64,000 bases of DNA from contig OZ024758.1 of the NCBI GenBank assembly GCA_964016885.1, positions 17,546,001 to 17,610,000 of the forward strand. Reading direction: 5' to 3'. The notes under the pieces were generated by a model. The model searched no databases. It was not told the DNA's origin and worked only from the letters and a program-made list of their open reading frames with translations. Below, one piece after another: positions 11,765 through 24,997 of the stretch (positions are counted from its first letter, which is position 1; every line of letters starts with the position of its first letter). Origin of the DNA: Eledone cirrhosa (Eukaryota). Position numbers and translations under genes: made by a program.

Positions 11765-12150
11765 AATACATACACATATATATATAAATACATACATACA
11801 CATATATATATAAATACATACATATATAATATATATATAAATATATATATATATAAATACATACATATATATATATATATAAATACATATATAATATATA
11901 TATAAATATATATATATATAAATACATATATAATATATATATAAATATATATACATATATATAAATACATACATACATATATATGTATATGTATATATAA
12001 ATACATACAAATATATATATACATATATATAAATACATACATACATATATATGTATATGTATATATAAATACATACATATATATATATAAATATATACAT
12101 ATATATCAATACATTTATACATATATGTTTATACATATATATTTATACAT
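10890..12150. repeat. Compound (TA)n/TAAA/TACA microsatellite
   Basis: Directly visible. Confidence 0.97.
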
Positions 12151-12554
12151 ATACTCACAGACAGATAAATAAAGAGGGAGAGAGGACACAGAAAGACACT
12201 GAGAATAATAGACAAAGACAGAAAATGAGAGAAAATACAATAGTGTGTATGTTCTTCAAATGAATTTATTTCATTTTATTATATTAGAAAGGTACAGTGG
12301 TACAAACGAAGCCCACACTATTGCATATGCCTATCTCTTCCCGGAGAGAAAGAAATCTATAAAAATAATGAAAGAGAGAAAGAATAAGAGAAAAATTAAT
12401 GATATATTCAAAGAAATAACTAATTGAGTCATTACTGAGTGCTATTTTATCTTAAGCCAAAATAAATGGCTCTCGTAGCAATCAAAGAGTATGTTATAAA
12501 TCAAACATTTTTAGAAATGATAATTCCAGGGAGGAAAATGTTAATTAAATTTAG

Positions 12555-12586
12555 ATAAATATATATATATATACATATACACACAT

Positions 12587-12667
<81 letters not shown>

Positions 12668-12680
12668 CACATATGTATGT

Positions 12681-12725
<45 letters not shown>

Positions 12726-12737
12726 CACATATGTATG

Positions 12738-12769
<32 letters not shown>

Positions 12770-12803
12770 AATACACATATGTATGTATGTATATATATAT
12801 ATC

Positions 12804-12841
<38 letters not shown>

Positions 12842-12853
12842 CACATATGTATG

Positions 12854-12893
<40 letters not shown>

Positions 12894-13039
12894 CATAAAG
12901 GAATTACTTTACACTAAAAATTACTTCAATTTATTTACTTATTTCGATTTGTGCGCCTGTGTGTCATTCTTTTTTTTTCCTTCTATGTTTTGCTATAAAT
13001 TTCCATTATATATATATATATATATTTAAATTTTTTTTA

Positions 13040-13075
<36 letters not shown>

Positions 13076-13092
13076 CTTTATATATATTTATA

Positions 13093-13162
<70 letters not shown>

Positions 13163-13212
13163 TATATATATATTTACATATATATATTTATATATATATA
13201 TATATTTATATA

Positions 13213-13268
<56 letters not shown>

Positions 13269-13392
13269 ATTTATTTATATATGTATAATTTATTTTTATA
13301 TATATTTATTTATATATATATTTATTTATATATATATATATATATATTTATTTATATATATATGTATATTATATATATATTTTATATATATA

Positions 13393-13425
<33 letters not shown>

Positions 13426-13649
13426 TTACATTTATATATGTATATATTTGCATTTATATATGTATATATATATATTTATATATATACATATGTATGTATA
13501 TATATATATATATATGTGTGTGTATTTATATGTATATATTTATATTTATATATTATATATATATATATATGTGTGTGTGTGTAGATACAGATATATATAT
13601 GTCGATATGTAAATGAGCGTGTATTTTTATATATATTTATATATAGATA

Positions 13650-13675
<26 letters not shown>
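12555..13675. repeat. Compound (TA)n microsatellite
   Basis: Directly visible. Confidence 0.95.
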
Positions 13676-13684
<9 letters not shown>

Positions 13685-13782
13685 GACATTTTATTTCATA
13701 ACAACTGAGACAAATTTTAAACTCATACCCAGAGCAATTTATAAAACGCTAAATGATGACAACCACTATGTAGAGGACTACA

Positions 13783-13814
<32 letters not shown>

Positions 13815-14577
13815 CACTACTACTACTACTACCACTATTATCATAACTACTACTATGATGACGACTAGAGGGACACCGACAGCAATAATGATTATAGTCA
13901 TTCTCATCTTCATTTTTATTTTTTTCTATTTAGGCATTTTACCTATGTCAAACTCCACCAATTTATTTTCCTCAAAAATAGATGCACTGAATAAAATATT
14001 TCTTAAATAAACTAAATGATAAAAATATATTTTTATAAATTAATTCGAATTTATCAAAATCTTCTCAAAATCTGAACATAGAAAAAAGAAAAAAATAGGG
14101 AAATATATCACATTGGGCAAATTATAATCATTATATTATATTTTCAATTGTATTTCAAAGTTTTAAACGTAAGAAATAAAAAAAACAACATATTAGTGAA
14201 GTATACTTAAGAATATATGTCACTCTATTTGCAAATTGAAATCTGCAATTATTATTATTATTACTATTTGTAGTAGTACTAGTAGTAGTAGTAGGAGTAT
14301 ATCATGGCATAATAGAATTCAATAAAGGCAAACTGAAATAAATTTTGATGATGGCGAAATAGATATGGGAAAAGCTGTCAAAGATAAGAATTAATGTGAT
14401 AGAATTGAACATGTCATTTTCTGAAAGATGTTTAACAAACCTCTGCAATGTTTATATACAACGGTTTTAATAACATTTAACATAAATACTCTCCTCCACT
14501 AAAAAAAAATGAAAAAGAAGCCAATATCCTCCACCAAATGTAAAATAAATCAGGATTATTGTCCACCATACTTTTAA

Positions 14578-14990
14578 CCCTTTAGCATTTCAACCAGTCG
14601 TATCCAGCCAGAATTCGCTCACCTCCTTCTGTTCAAACTGGCTGTAACTGGTCACTCATATTGATGTTAAGGTAGTGTTTGCAAAATAAGTAATATCAAA
14701 ATCTGATAGACTCAATATTGTTTCTGCATTTGGCACAAGGCCAGGCAATTTTCCCAGTGTATTACTGGTACTTTATTTTATTGACCCCGTAAGGATGAAA
14801 GGCAAAGTTAACCTCGGCGGGATTTGAACTCAGTCCGTAAAGGTACGTAAATGTGCTGCAAAGCATGGCGTCCAACCCTCTACCGATACAGCCAATCCAT
14901 CTATGAGATAATTATGTGAGGGAAAGATTTTGCCATGAAAATACTCTATATTTACCATTGTATTTTCATGGTAAAATCTTTCCCTCACAT
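14578..14990 (-). mobile_element. piggyBac-type MITE with nested SINE-A (14717-14900) and a rearranged, locally inverted end
   Basis: One intact TIR with TTAA; 14914-14990 is an imperfect inverted duplication of MITE sequence. Confidence 0.75.
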
Positions 14991-15499
14991 ATACAAAATT
15001 AGTATAGAACAGGCATGTCATATATGTGTATATGACAGCTCACACCTATGCAGGTTTAGCTGGCATCCTCCAAGGTATATCTCATTGGAGGTGTCTGGGT
15101 GATTTAATGATAGGGACCCCAGTTCTATCATCTCATTTCTACAGCTGAGTAAACTGGAGCAACGTGAAATAAAGTGTCTTGCTCAAGGAAACAACACATC
15201 ACCCGGTCCAAGAATTGAACTCACAACCTTTCAATTGCAAGCCCAATGCTCTAACCACTTAGCCTTGCGCCTTAACGTAATATTTTTTATTAATTTAACA
15301 GTGTATTAGATTAGAGTGTCAATATATATATATTTTATGTTAGAACCATATCATTTGGATATCACTAACAGCATGAGCTTCCATGAACCAGAGGACTGTG
15401 GACAATTGTAATGGCTTTTTCTTAAATATATAACGGATACGTTACTTAGAATAGGCACTGAGATATTAACTCAACTATCTCTCTCTGTATAATTATATG

Positions 15500-15529
15500 A
15501 GAATGTATTTATATATATATATATATATA

Positions 15530-15611
<82 letters not shown>

Positions 15612-15904
15612 TATATATATATCTATATATATGAGGATATATATATATATATATATATATGAGGATAGATATACATGAGGATATATATATGAGGATATAT
15701 ATATATATATATATGAGGTTATATATATATATATATATGAGGTTATATATATATGAGGATATATATATATATGAGGTTATATATATATGAGGTTATATAT
15801 ATATGAGGATATATATATATATGAGGATATATATATATATAGGAGGATATATATATATATATGAGGATATATATATATATACGAGGATATATATATATAT
15901 ATGA

Positions 15905-15944
<40 letters not shown>

Positions 15945-15965
15945 ATATAACTGTGTGTGTGTGTG
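15500..15965. repeat. (TA)n and GAGG(A/T)(TA)n minisatellite
   Basis: Directly visible. Confidence 0.95.
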
Positions 15966-16259
15966 GTTGTGAATATACCACCAATGTTTATTGGGTATTT
16001 AAAGATTATCTAAGAAGAGGCTCCATAAGCAGATCTGCATAAACTGAAATTAATGTGGATCTGCTTTATAGAATGAATAATAATGTACTGTTTGATATGT
16101 TGCAGCTTCAAAATCCTACCATCTTATTGTGTGGATGCTTTAGTGAGAAGGTTACAGGAAGGCTTCAACAAGGTCCGACTCAACATAATGTGTTACAAAG
16201 AAGCAGTTAGAGAGTGTATAAGGGGAGATAAGAGAGTGAGAGATGAATGAGAAAGAAAG

Positions 16260-17050
16260 TTGAGGGGAATGAGAGAGAAGGTAGAGAAAGAGAGAGAGAG
16301 AGAGTGTATGTGTGTGTGAGAGGAGATATATATATATATATAGAGAGAGAGAGAGGGAGAGATAGATAGACAGATATATGACAGAGAGAAGGAGAGAGAG
16401 GAGATATATATGTATAGAGGGGGGGAGATAGATAGATAGACAGATATATATGTATATATAGAGAGAGGGAAGAGATAGATAGATAGACAGATATATGATA
16501 GAGAGAAGGAGAGAGAGTGTGTATGAGACGAGATATATATGTATAGAGAGAGAGGGGGTAGATAGATAGATAGACAGATATATATGTATATATAGAGAGA
16601 GGGAAGAGATAGATAGATAGACAGATATATGATAGAGAGAAGGAGAGAGAGTGTGTATGAGACGAGATATATATGTATAGAGAGAGAGGGGGTAGATAGA
16701 TAGATAGACAGATATATATGTATATATAGAGAGAGGGGGGAGATAGATAGATAGACAGATATATGATAGAGAGAAGGAGAGATATAGATATATAGATAAG
16801 AGAGAGGAGGATTAGATAGATAGATAGAGAGTGTATGAGAGGATATATATATATATATATATATATATATTGAGGGAGAGATAGATAGGTAGATATATAA
16901 GAGGGAGGGAGAAGGAGAGATAGATATATAGATAGAGAGATAGAGAGAAGAATGATAGATAGACAAATAGATAAGAGACAGAGTGGAAGTAATAGAGAAA
17001 AAACGGGTAGAGGCAGAAAATAGACAGGGGAAGGGGTAATATATATATAT
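16260..17050. repeat. GA/GATA-rich low-complexity array with higher-order duplications
   Basis: Directly visible. Confidence 0.92.
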
Positions 17051-17053
17051 ACA

Positions 17054-17260
17054 TAGGAACGAGTAGGACCCCGACGGCTGAGCTCAAGCCGTTTTAACGG
17101 CTAATTCAGGACTTTTTAGTCCAGAATTAGCCGTCGAAACGGCTTGAGCTCAGCCGTCGGGGTCCTACTCGTTCCTACTATCCACTCTACTACCCTAAGT
17201 ATTGAGTACTTTGGTACATTATGGTACCATCTGGTTCCTTACCACATTTCCTTCATTATA
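17054..17260 (+). mobile_element. Fold-back element, family P2
   Basis: 60 bp arms (17054-17113 / 17118-17177); contains a hammerhead 3' half GAAAC-GGCT tgagctc AGCC-GTC; (TA)n flanks. Confidence 0.75.
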
Positions 17261-17271
17261 TATATATATAT

Positions 17272-17454
17272 AGCGGTGGATTGGCAGTATCGGTAGAGGG
17301 TCTGACGCCATGCTTTCCAGCATAGTTACGTCCCTTTACGATCTGAGTTCAAATCCCGCCGAGGTTGACTTTGCCTTTCATCCTTACGGGGTCGATAAAA
17401 TAAAGTACCACTAATGTACTGTTTAATTGCTGGCCTTGTGCCTAAAGTAGAAAC

Positions 17455-17460
<6 letters not shown>
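17272..17460 (+). mobile_element. SINE-A
   Basis: Full-length match to the family consensus. Confidence 0.92.
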
Positions 17461-17513
<53 letters not shown>

Positions 17514-17713
17514 AAAGTTCTATTTAAATTGTTGGGATACAACAAGCAAATATTTTTATATCTGATATAAAGCACTCTACAAATAATTGGAGTAAAAATA
17601 CGATATTAACAAATGGAAACTATATATAACTCCACTATTCGGGAGCTTCCAACAGTAATGGTTGCATTTTTTAAGGGTATGTCAATATTTATTTATAAAA
17701 CTGTTTTATATTA

Positions 17714-17778
17714 TATTTTATCTGATGAAAGTACACCATAATTTAACTTGGTGTCCTTGAAATATGTATAATGAAATA
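17714..17778 (+). ncRNA. Minimal type I hammerhead motif (family P4) within element 17599-17820
   Basis: TATTTTAT-CTGATGA-AAGTACACCA..TGGTGTCCTT-GAAA-TATGTATA-ATGAAATA; 17599-17629 is an inverted copy of the element end 17788-17820. Confidence 0.7.
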
Positions 17779-18485
17779 AATATGGTTTTATAAATATAGT
17801 TTCCATTTGTTAATATCGTATATATATATATATCATCACCATCACCATTTAAAGTACGTTTTTCCTTACCTGGAAGATATATGTAGATGAAACTGTTACT
17901 TTAGTTTAACAATGATATTCACATAAGGTACCCATTGATATTCTCAGAAAGCCCTTCTTTTCAACACCTTAAATATGTTCCAATTTGACGAAAAGGAGCA
18001 AAAGGAGCAAACTAAACAAAGAGCTAACTTTTGCCCATGAAAATATATCCATCAAATCTTTGAAAGTGTTATACTACTTGAGCTGCAGAAGATTTTCTCT
18101 TAAACAAGTTGAAAATAACTTTCTATCCAATTTGTCTATCATAAGATATGGTTCTGAATCACAATGAAGAGAAATTCAAGAAGCCTAACAATTGAATCCA
18201 TCAAATCCATTTAAAGATGTAATAAGATATAATAAAAGTCTTCGATCACCCAACCCTTTGAAACTTAAAGCAAAGAAGGATATAACATTGATTTACTTAT
18301 TATATAATCAAGTCTTAATTTGTGCTTTACCAACCATGAGTATATATCTGTGTGTGTTTGTGAGTCAAATACCTGTATGTGTTTAGATATAAAAGTGTAA
18401 GTAGGGCTATGTGGTTAAGGAGTTTGGTTTGCAGCCACAAATGCTTCAAGTTCAGTCTCACGGTGAAGCACCTTGGCAAGTATAT

Positions 18486-18526
<41 letters not shown>

Positions 18527-18596
18527 GGAGGTGAGTTTTATTGTAGTACAATAAAACAATGCAGATATTGGATAAGAAGCACTCTACAGTTTGTAG

Positions 18597-18635
<39 letters not shown>

Positions 18636-18676
18636 CGAAACATAGGTCAATTGCATGAACTCATAATCCTTTATTT

Positions 18677-18732
18677 ACTGCTATATATATTTCGATGATA
18701 ACCATTGAATGGCTATGACCTCATCAGGCAGT
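18677..18732 (-). ncRNA. Minimal type I hammerhead motif (family P3, second copy)
   Basis: Near-identical to 7039-7094. Confidence 0.78.
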
Positions 18733-18895
18733 TAGTCAGTTCTTAAATATACCAGCTCTGTGTTTATAGTGTTGATGGTATATATATATATATATATAAG
18801 CAAAGTCGACCTACAATAAGGAATGAGTAGCAAAGCACTCAATAAGGGTAAGTAGGTCCTTAGAGTAATAACATTATCTTTAAATAGCTTGACAA

Positions 18896-18977
<82 letters not shown>

Positions 18978-19182
18978 TATAAATATATATCATCATCATC
19001 ATCATCATCATTTTACGTCCGCTTTTCCCTGCTTGCAAGGTTTATATGTGTGTGTGTGTGAGTGCATACACATGTATGCGTGAATACTACCCACATGAGA
19101 CAGACCTCCTAACAGCATTGAGTGATTTGAATAGTATGCTGCATGTAACTGTAGCTACATACCTAACTAACACTTACATATA

Positions 19183-19513
19183 CATGGCTTAGTGGTTAGA
19201 GCATTGGCCTTGCAATCGAAAGGTTGTGAGTTCAATTCTCAGACCGGGTGATGTGTTGTTTCCTTGAGCAAGACACTTTATTTCACATTGCTCCAGTTTA
19301 CTCAGCTGTAGAAATGATAGGGACTGGGGTTCATATCATTCCACTGAAAAGTGGTTGTGGAGGTGCCACGCCAAAAAAGCACCCAGCACTCACTGTAAAT
19401 GAGGTTGGTGTTAGGAAGGGCATCCAGCTGTAGAAATCAAGCCAAAATCAGTTCCCGTCCCACCCTTGCAAGCAGGGAAAAAAGCGGACGTAAAATGAAA
19501 TGATGATGATGAT
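19183..19513 (+). mobile_element. SINE-B, full-length reference copy
   Basis: Box A TGGCTTAGTGG, box B GAGTTCAATTC, CORE-like domain, GGTTGGTGTTAGGAAGGGCATCC segment, RTE 3' tail and (TGA)n. Confidence 0.92.
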
Positions 19514-19826
19514 GTAGTTAATTTTTAATATGTTACCTCTGTAACTATGTGAGTTTACAATCTTTAATTGTTTGATGTGTTTATTTTATGTATATATGTC
19601 ATTCGACTTTTAATTTAATGTTAATAAATGCTCGGATTTGCTACTTGGAATCTCTGAGCTTATTCCACAGGTGATATGGCGCATGCTTCTCAGAGATGGC
19701 ATCTTTAATCTAATTTTGGTAGTATATATATATGAGACCTTAACCGTTCAAGTTTTACCTATCCTGGTAAAACTTAAACCATTAAGATCTCATTCCTGGA
19801 TATGTCAATATTTATAAAACAAGCTA

Positions 19827-19888
19827 TATTTTATCTGATGAGAGCATACCAACATTTTTGGTACCCTTGAAATATATATAATAAAATA
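19827..19888 (+). ncRNA. Minimal type I hammerhead motif (family P4, second copy)
   Basis: TATTTTAT-CTGATGA-GAGCATACCA acatttt TGGTACCCTT-GAAA-TATATATA-ATAAAATA; 8 bp perfect stem I. Confidence 0.78.
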
Positions 19889-19930
19889 AATATGGTTTTA
19901 TAAATATAGTTTCCATTTATTAATATCATT

Positions 19931-19967
<37 letters not shown>

Positions 19968-20064
19968 GTGTGTGTATAAAATTATAAATGCAAGTTAATA
20001 ATGCACAAAAATATACCTATTTTTTCTTCAAAGCCCTGACTGCAGTTTCACCAACTGGATTGCA

Positions 20065-20100
<36 letters not shown>

Positions 20101-20384
20101 TACTGAAATAAGATTCAAACGTAAATTTAAATGAATATATAAATAAATGATATGCTATGTATTAAGAACTATTTTTTTCCCTTTTTCCATTTACACATTG
20201 TAACATTGGGCACATACACATATAGATGCATGGCAGTGTAAAGAAGCTTATTTTGCAACCATAAGGACTTGGGTTCAATCTCATTGTGTAGCTTCTTGAG
20301 CAAGTGAATTTTACAACAGCTTTGCATTGCTCCAAGCTTATGAGAGTGAAATTGGGAATGCTCAGTGGATGGATTATAGCAATA

Positions 20385-20686
20385 ATTTAAACCCAGCCGT
20401 ATCCAACCCAAATTCTCTCACCTCTTTTTGTTCAAATTAGCGATAACCAGTAAATTAAACCAGCCATAACCATAATTTAAATCAACCATATCCAGCCAGA
20501 ATTCTCTCACCTCTTTCTGTTCAAACTAACCATAAATGGCTGCTCATACTGATGTTAAAGTATTCTTTTCAAAACAAATAACATCAAATTCTCATAGATT
20601 CAATATTATGTGGGATAATTATGTGAGATAAAGGCCTTACCATGAAAATACAATAGGAAATATAGAGTAATGTTAATGCTAAAGGA
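20385..20686 (-). mobile_element. piggyBac-type MITE with a partial internal duplication
   Basis: Family consensus on the minus strand ending AATGCTAAAGGA|TTAA. Confidence 0.75.
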
Positions 20687-20741
20687 TTAATAATCAGTTG
20701 ATTGTCACATTAGATTAAATTGATACTGCCTGAGAATTATA

Positions 20742-20960
20742 TTCGTTTCTAATATAGGCACAACGCCAGCAATTTTGGGGGAAGGGAAAGTCGATTAAAT
20801 TGACCCCAGTGCATGACTGGTACTTTATTTTATCGACCCCGTAAGGATGAAAGGCAAAGTTAACCTGGGCGGGATTTGAACTCAGATCATAAAGTAGCTG
20901 TAGCTCTATGTTGCAAAGCATGGCGTCCGACCTTCTATCGATACTGCCAATCCACCGCCC
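20742..20960 (-). mobile_element. SINE-A, long-tail variant
   Basis: Family consensus. Confidence 0.88.
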
Positions 20961-21549
20961 TGGGAATTATATTAAAAATACACGTGTCTGTGGAATACTA
21001 ATCCATTTTGATGTTAAATTAGCAAGTAGGGTACTTAGTTTATCAAACAAGTGAATGTTCACATTCATAATCAGAATCAACATCATACATATGCTATATA
21101 CATCATATATATGCAACCTTTAAATAGACATTAATAAAATGAGAGATAAAAGATGGATGAATTGCTGAGAAAGGTAAGCAGGTTAAAAGGTGAGAATATA
21201 GTAGGGTTGAAGGGTATAACACAGAATAAAAAAAGAACTTGTAACCCAGAAAGGTTAAGAGAGATATGACTAAAATACATACATAAGTATGAATGTTTGC
21301 AAGAGATGAAGGAGAAGAATACAAAGATAAAGCTATACACTGAATGTAAAGATGGATGGAATAGGAAATATAGAGAAAGAATAAGCTGGTCAAAGAATGA
21401 GTGGGTGGGAGATATATAGAGAGTGTGTAGGAAGGTAAATAACAGTAAAGAGAGGGAGGGAGAGGGAGTACAATGGTAATGCTAGTTGTAAGAGAGTTAG
21501 AGAATAGATTCATAGAAAGAACTAGACAACAATATAGTAAGTGTAATAT

Positions 21550-21552
21550 CAT

Positions 21553-21623
<71 letters not shown>

Positions 21624-21629
21624 TGTATA

Positions 21630-21669
<40 letters not shown>

Positions 21670-21675
21670 TGTATA

Positions 21676-21717
<42 letters not shown>

Positions 21718-22022
21718 TGTATATATATGTATGTATATATATATGTATATATATATACAAACATATATATATATATGTATATATGTATATATATATGTAT
21801 ATATGTATATATATATGTATATATGTACATACATATATATGTATGTACATACATACATATATATATATATGTATATATGTATATATGTACATATCTATAT
21901 CTATATATGTACCTGTATACATACATACATACATATATATGTATGTATGTACATATATATATATATATATATCTATATAAGTACCTGTATATATATATAC
22001 ATACATATACATAAATACATAC

Positions 22023-22072
<50 letters not shown>

Positions 22073-22338
22073 TAAAAGGAATAAAGAGCAAAGAGGATGA
22101 CAGACAGAACAAAAGATAAACAATACAAAATAAAGCAAAATAAGAGAGCAAATATGAAGGGAAGATAGCAAAGGTAATTGTGTTGGGAATATTTATTAAT
22201 CTTGTCTCAAAACATAGAACAATCTAGAATTCCCCATAGAATGGATATTTCTAATTCCAGGAACTCCTGAAATGTCAAAAGATGTCCAGAAAAATGAAAT
22301 ATATACATATATATTTATATGTCATATATGTGTATATG

Positions 22339-22383
<45 letters not shown>

Positions 22384-22609
22384 ATATGTGTGTATGTATG
22401 TATATATATGTGTGTGTGCATATATATATATATGTATATGTATGTATATGTATATATATATATATGTGTGTGTGTGCGTATACATATATGTAGATGGGTA
22501 TATGTATATATATATGTGTGTGTGTGTGCATATATATGCATACACACATATATATACACACACATATATATATAAATATGTGTGTGTGTGTGTGCATATA
22601 TATGTATGC

Positions 22610-22644
<35 letters not shown>

Positions 22645-22650
22645 CACACA
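21550..22650. repeat. Two compound (TA)n/(TG)n/TACA microsatellite blocks
   Basis: Directly visible (21550-22070 and 22300-22650). Confidence 0.95.
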
Positions 22651-22891
22651 TGCAGAGGTGGGTGGTGTGACATAAACAATACAATGTGTTCAGATATCTG
22701 TACATTTAGCTTTCTTTAAATACACAACTTATTGGCTGCAATAGGTTTTAATACATTCTCTCTTGTCAGGCAAATAAGGAAATTATTATAGTGAGTGCTC
22801 ATTAAATAGCTGATAACACAGTGACATGAAAATGAAAATAAAATAAAAAATGCCAAAATATTGATTTTATTCATTGCTATAGTACATCGAA

Positions 22892-23175
22892 CTGGCAGAG
22901 TCTTTAGACTGTGAGATAGCATGCCCTATAGTTGTTCCAGCTCTCTGGATTATGGGTCAAATTCTGGCAGAGTCTTTAGACTGTGAGATAGCATGCCCTA
23001 TAGTGGTTCCAGCTCTCTGGATTATGGGTCAAATTCTGGCAGAGTCTTTAGACTGTCAGATAAGATGCCTTAAAGTTGTTCCAGCTCTCTGGATTATGGG
23101 TCAAATTCTGGCAGAGTCTTTAGACTGTCAGATAAGATGCCTTATAGTTGTTCCAGTTCTTAGATTATGGGTCAA
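22892..23175. repeat. 72 bp minisatellite, about 4 copies
   Basis: CTGGCAGAGTCTTTAGACTGT... recurs at 22892, 22964, 23036 and 23108. Confidence 0.95.
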
Positions 23176-23307
23176 CATCTGTTATGATCAACCTAGCTTT
23201 AGGACATTTTAGGGTTGATAAAATTTCCAATCTAGGGTAGAATTGTGAGAATATTAAGAACATTGGATGCAAGTATTTGACTCACGATATCAACATGTAT
23301 ATATAGA

Positions 23308-23343
<36 letters not shown>

Positions 23344-23347
23344 AAAC

Positions 23348-23663
23348 ATGGCCTTGCAATCGAAAGGTTGCGAGTTCAATTCTCAGACCGGGTGATGTGT
23401 TGTTTCCTTGAGCAAGACACTTTATTTCAGATTGCTCCAGTTTACTCAGCTGTAGAAATGAGATGATAGCGACTGGGGTCCATATTATTCCACTGCAAAG
23501 TGGTCGTGGAGGTGCCACGGCAAAAAAGCACCCAGCACTCACTGTAAATGAGGTTGGTGTTAGGAAGGGCATCCAGCTGTAGAAATCAAGCCAGAATCAG
23601 TTCCCATCACACCCTTGCAAGCAAAGAAAAAGCGGATGTAAAAATGAAATGATGAAATGATGA
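23348..23663 (+). mobile_element. SINE-B
   Basis: Family consensus. Confidence 0.9.
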
Positions 23664-24997
23664 AAACAGTTAAACTCTATGTTGAAGCTTACACTATTGT
23701 TTTCTACCATTGAAATGGTTTAAGCAATTTTGAAACTACTATCAAAATACATAGTTTAAGCTTGACTATAGGATTTATATGTTTTAAATAATACAATATA
23801 TAAATGATGCAAGATGAAGCTGACTAGCGTTTTGCAGTATTATAAATTAACCTAGCACTGTGACACTAAAATATGGTGCAATATCAGAGACTATATAGAA
23901 TGGAGAGAATTCTTATCCTGCTGTAGACTAGATGACCTCTGCTACACAAGAACTGACTCAATAAATTCTTCAGTAAAATACTGAATGAACACTCTGAAAA
24001 AACATTGTTCAATGCATTCAGAACACTGTAAAATAGAAGTGCTAATTCCCTGATAAAATGCACCCAGTATACTCAGTAAAGTGGTCGTGGAGGTGTCATA
24101 ATAAAATGCACGCGGTGTACTCTGTAATGTTGTTGGTGTTAGGAAGAGCACCCTGCCATAGAAACCATGTCAAATATTGAAGATCTGAACAAGTTGATGT
24201 CTCTTTGACCTGTCTTGTCTCAGATTGTGACAATGCATTCAATCGGTGCTAGCATGGAAGCCAGATGTAAAATGATGATAATGAAGATGATGATATAATA
24301 AATTATAACTAAATATTGCATGATAGCTAGACTGTCCTCTGTATTCCTAATAACATATCAGTTAATCTGGTCTCTTTATTACTAATCCCATACTATTTAG
24401 ACTGACTATACTTTCACAAATGATATACTAGTTAGACTGATCATTCTGTTACTAATAAACTGGGTCACCCTCACTAACAGACTAAATGATTTAAGAACTA
24501 AAAACCGAGAAATCTGTCAACAGCTGAAGACAAGTTCAATATCTTTTGAGATGAATGTCTCTATCTAAGAATTTAATTGAAAGAACAGTACATATTTATA
24601 TATTGAAAAGGAAAATTTTCTAAGCTGACTACTTAAATTCAATATATTTTAGACTAAACAATTTTGAAGTCTGTAATTTGATTTTCATATTTGGAAGTGA
24701 ATAATTTCAAGTATGTAATTTACATTACCAATTTTTAAGTCCCAGGTGTTACATCTATAAGACAGTCTTTAAATATTAATAGAATCTTAAAAGATATGAT
24801 GAGTTGTAGTGCACCTGAGCACTATACACAATCATTTTATTATTATTATCATTATTATGAAATACATAGTTAAATTGCTGGCAAGCTGTTAGAATTTACC
24901 CTTTCATCATCACATTTCTAATAAAGTAAACTGCCTGTGGTGTGGTTTTCAAATGATTTAAAAAATAATCAAGAATTTTGAAGGAGTAAGTAATATA

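Noticed and set aside
10938-12136. Long YI/IC/HT-rich ORFs (up to 394 aa) here and at 7180-7783, 21103-22705, 31315-32391, 35566-36166 and 40468-41245
   Set aside because: They are translations of dinucleotide microsatellites, which lack stop codons.
19183-19250. tRNA gene
   Set aside because: Box A and B are present but continue into SINE bodies in many copies, and I could not fold a complete cloverleaf.
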